A stretch of DNA of 64,000 nt from Felis catus (Eukaryota). Below are positions 61,211 to 64,000 of the stretch, one piece after another. The stretch spans positions 91,700,001 to 91,764,000 of the forward strand of contig NC_058368.1 in NCBI RefSeq assembly GCF_018350175.1. Reading direction: 5' to 3'. The notes beneath the pieces were generated by a model. It was not told the DNA's origin. It saw only the letters and a program-made list of their open reading frames with translations, and did no database searches. Both the position numbers and the translations under genes were made by a program. Numbering within the stretch: position 1 is the first letter of the stretch; each line of letters begins with the position of its first letter.

Positions 61211-61595
61211 TTATGGTCACCTATAAAAATATATTGTATAAAGAAAGATATAAAGCAAATGTCAATAAATTCCCCCAAATATCAAGTTAGGTCTCTTTTT
61301 TTATTATTATTAATTTTATCTGCTACTCAATGAGACCTTTTGAGCTTAAGACTCAGGGAAGACTACCGAGTATTCCTTTCACGGTTATTTTCCTCGGTTC
61401 TCTCCTGAAATTTCTACTTTGAGTATATGTGGGTGTGTATTAGTTCTCCCCCCCTCCTTTTATTTTTGGAGAGACAAGGGAGACAGCAAGACAGTACAGC
61501 TTAATGACATAATGAGGTAAACTACTTAACCTTTTCTGCTTCAATTTCCCCATCTGTAAAATGGGGATAACACGGCACCTACCTCACGTGAAGGC

Positions 61596-61983
61596 TGTCA
61601 AAGAACAGAAATCCAACTGAGTAAATTTGAAAGGTCTAATTGGCTTTATTGAATGATTCATGAATCAGGCAGCATCCCATCCGTCAATGAGAGGGGAGCC
61701 CCAATGTACAAAGTAGAACATTTTTATTGGGGGGGGGGGCAAGAATGTTTTTAGCAAAAGAAAAGGATTATCAAGGCTAGGTTGTTTTCCCTTAAGGGGT
61801 CTTATCATGCTGATGACCTCATCTTCCTTTGGGGGGAATGGAGAGGCCCCCCTTGTGGCAGATTCATTGGCACTGATCAGTCAATTCCTGACTGGCCAGT
61901 TAAGACTGTATTTCTGGGGCAAGTTGCAACTGTAATTGGATTAGGCATTAATGCCATTTGGAGCCTGTGGTTTATTTTTCACG
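61596..61983 (-). mobile_element. ERV-type solo LTR (family uncertain) inserted within a MIR (61490-62060)
   Basis: Starts with TGT; ctttattg gives AATAAA on the minus strand near its 3' end; MIR text acctacctcac…|…ggactaaaggagttaa…cagcacttagcac resumes afterwards. Confidence 0.6.
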
Positions 61984-62164
61984 GGACTAAAGGAGTTAAG
62001 GTGTACACAGCACTTAGCACTGCCCTGGCATATCCCAGGTGCTCAGTAAATGTCACCTGTGGTTTGTGTCTGGGAAGGGGGCATCGTTCGGCTGGTGCCT
62101 CCACGCTCAGGGCAGGAACCACACAGAGCCTCTCAGGGAGCAGCGGCTGCGATGAAGCCGGCTC

Positions 62165-62600
62165 TGTGAGTAAAAGTGGAATGCTTTGGTGGCAAGTGAC
62201 AGAAAAATCCGACTCATGATGCCTTAAACAAATAGAAATGTGTTCTTTTCACATGACCAGACCTCTGGAGAGTTGACTCAGTTGCTTGACAATGGCACGA
62301 TTGGTGGGGCTCTCTCTGCCCCACTGTCTTTGGTGTGTTGGCTCTGGATCTCATGTTTGGACTTCTGTGGCCCCAAGATGACAGCTCCACCCCCAGCCTG
62401 GTCTTTGTACCAGAAGGGAAGAAAGAATAGGAGGAAAAGGCTTTCTTCTGGTGGGGCTTTACCCCTTCATTCAGGGAGGTAGCCCTTCCCTGCAAACTTC
62501 CTCTTCTGTCTCTTTAGCCTGAATTATCACCTGCCCATCCAAAGAGAATGAACCAGCCATGATTCAACCCTCAGTCTGGGTCTGGCTCTGGGTCAGGATG
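62165..62600 (-). mobile_element. Old MaLR LTR (MLT1K/L-like)
   Basis: ggcaagtgacagaaaaatccgactca…ccttaaacaaataga…ccaagatgacagc. Confidence 0.55.
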
Positions 62601-63659
62601 GGGACCCACCTTTCATGAAACTGTAGCATCTCAATGTCCTCCCTAACCAAACTGAGTTCGGTTAGTGGGGAAGAATATGGAAAGAGATCTGCTGTAGGAT
62701 AGACATTTCAACATGGTTGACAGCTTTTTCCAAACACACCTATGCAGCTAGTATACAGGGATATCCCGAGAGACTTTTTCACCTGTTTGCTAATCCTCAT
62801 TCCAGATGTCAGAGATGGGGTGGTGGGGGCGCCTTCTGGCTACACTACACCTGTGACACTCACCTCACTGTTGAGAAGCAAAACATGGCTAATTTGTAAT
62901 GAGTTGTCCTTAGGGATCCACAGCACCTCCAGCACTCACCACTGTCTGGCCTCAGGAGTTGCATGGGTTTGCTCATTCTGCAATTCACGTAGCCTTCTCT
63001 CTAGATTTTCTATCTTCCTTCTTCAGAATCACCTGTTAGCAAAGACTGAGACAAATGATGATGTGTCTAAGTGGAATTACTCTTTCCGTTGCAATCCAGT
63101 GGGTAAAAACTTGCAACCTCCATGCCCTTGTCCTGAGGCTAGATTGTTTAAGTTGGGTTTACCGGTAAACTTCTTTGGATAAGATGTAAGGAAGCCCACA
63201 CTATGTTGGAATCCAGCAAGAGGGTTTTTTTTTTTTTTACCAGTGGTGCGTGTGCAAGGAGGCATAACCATCTGTTTGAATCAGCAATTATGGTCCTCCT
63301 GCTGTGTGCCATCACCATGCTGAACACAGTGTTGGTTCTCAGATGAACTGGTGGCTACAGTTACAGCAGGAGGAGGAATGGATGTGGGGCTGGGAGATCT
63401 CCGTGTGAGTAAGGTGAACCTCTTAACCTCCTGCTGCTGGTTTTCTTGATAGTAAAATGGGCGTAATGATATCTACCTCCTGGTGCTCTGGAGAAAATTA
63501 AGGTTATGTGTGTGAACTGGAGTAGTGCCTGGTTCTTTGTGGGCATTCAAAGCACATGAGATGCATCTGAGCGAATAGAATAAAAGGCAATCTCTACCTT
63601 CATAGGGAGATAACATACATTGAAACAGCTTTAATACATGGTAGAAAGAAAGAGATATC

Positions 63660-64000
63660 ATGTCTTAAACTTTCTGGCCATGTAAGACTGGTTCAACATA
63701 CTAAAATCAATGGATAAAATCCCCTCATATTAGCAACTAAATAGGAATGATCATGTGATCCTATCAATAGCTGCAGAAACAGCATTTGATAAGTTTCAGC
63801 ATCCATTTGCAATAAAAACTCTTAGCAAAGTAGAAAGGAAATAGAAAGAAACTCTCAGAAATAGAAAGTAACACCTTTAACCTGAAACCAAAGGTAAATC
63901 TCAGCAGGTATTTTTCCATTTGCATGACATTCTGGAAAAGGCAAAACCGTAGTGATGGTAGTGATGGTAGTGATGGATCAGTGGTCTCCAGGGATCAGGG
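63660..64000 (+). mobile_element. L1 ORF2 / 3' fragments
   Basis: ctggttcaacata…aaaatcaat…tcaatagctgcagaaacagcatttgataag…cagcatccattt…aaaactcttagcaaa. Confidence 0.7.

Noticed and set aside
63949..63976. (GTAGTGATG)x3, and a 10-bp duplication near 43011
   Set aside because: Ordinary slippage duplications within L1 remnants.
1..64000. Naming a host gene or exact species
   Set aside because: No recognisable coding exon; the repeats support Felidae only.

Overview
This window is mammalian, repeat-dense, non-coding DNA from a felid (cat-family) genome. That assignment rests on about 64 tRNA-derived CanSINEs (SINEC family, including copies with young Felidae SINEC_Fc-type diagnostics) and a felid-type L1 3' end. 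Most of the rest is old L1 (mainly minus strand), MIR/L2, MaLR (MLT1) solo LTRs, one ERV-type LTR, a MER44/Tigger MITE and microsatellites. I cannot recognise any protein-coding gene, RNA gene or CRISPR array; the ORF track is explained by SINE, L1 and microsatellite sequence or by chance. The best-supported unusual structures are (i) a ~305-309 bp tandem array at 25.5-26.7 kb whose middle units are chimeras of two different SINEs, the signature of SINE-SINE unequal crossover, and (ii) a site at 9.2-10 kb hit in turn by a SINE, an L1 and a second SINE, with three copies of the same target site. More speculative are several repeat-free, motif-rich islands (candidate enhancers) and splice-signal-bounded + strand segments that could encode a signal-peptide protein. 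I found no convincing new biological system. Repeat family names come from recall of consensus sequences rather than a search, and repeat boundaries are approximate (about +/-10-20 bp) unless a target-site duplication (TSD) is quoted.
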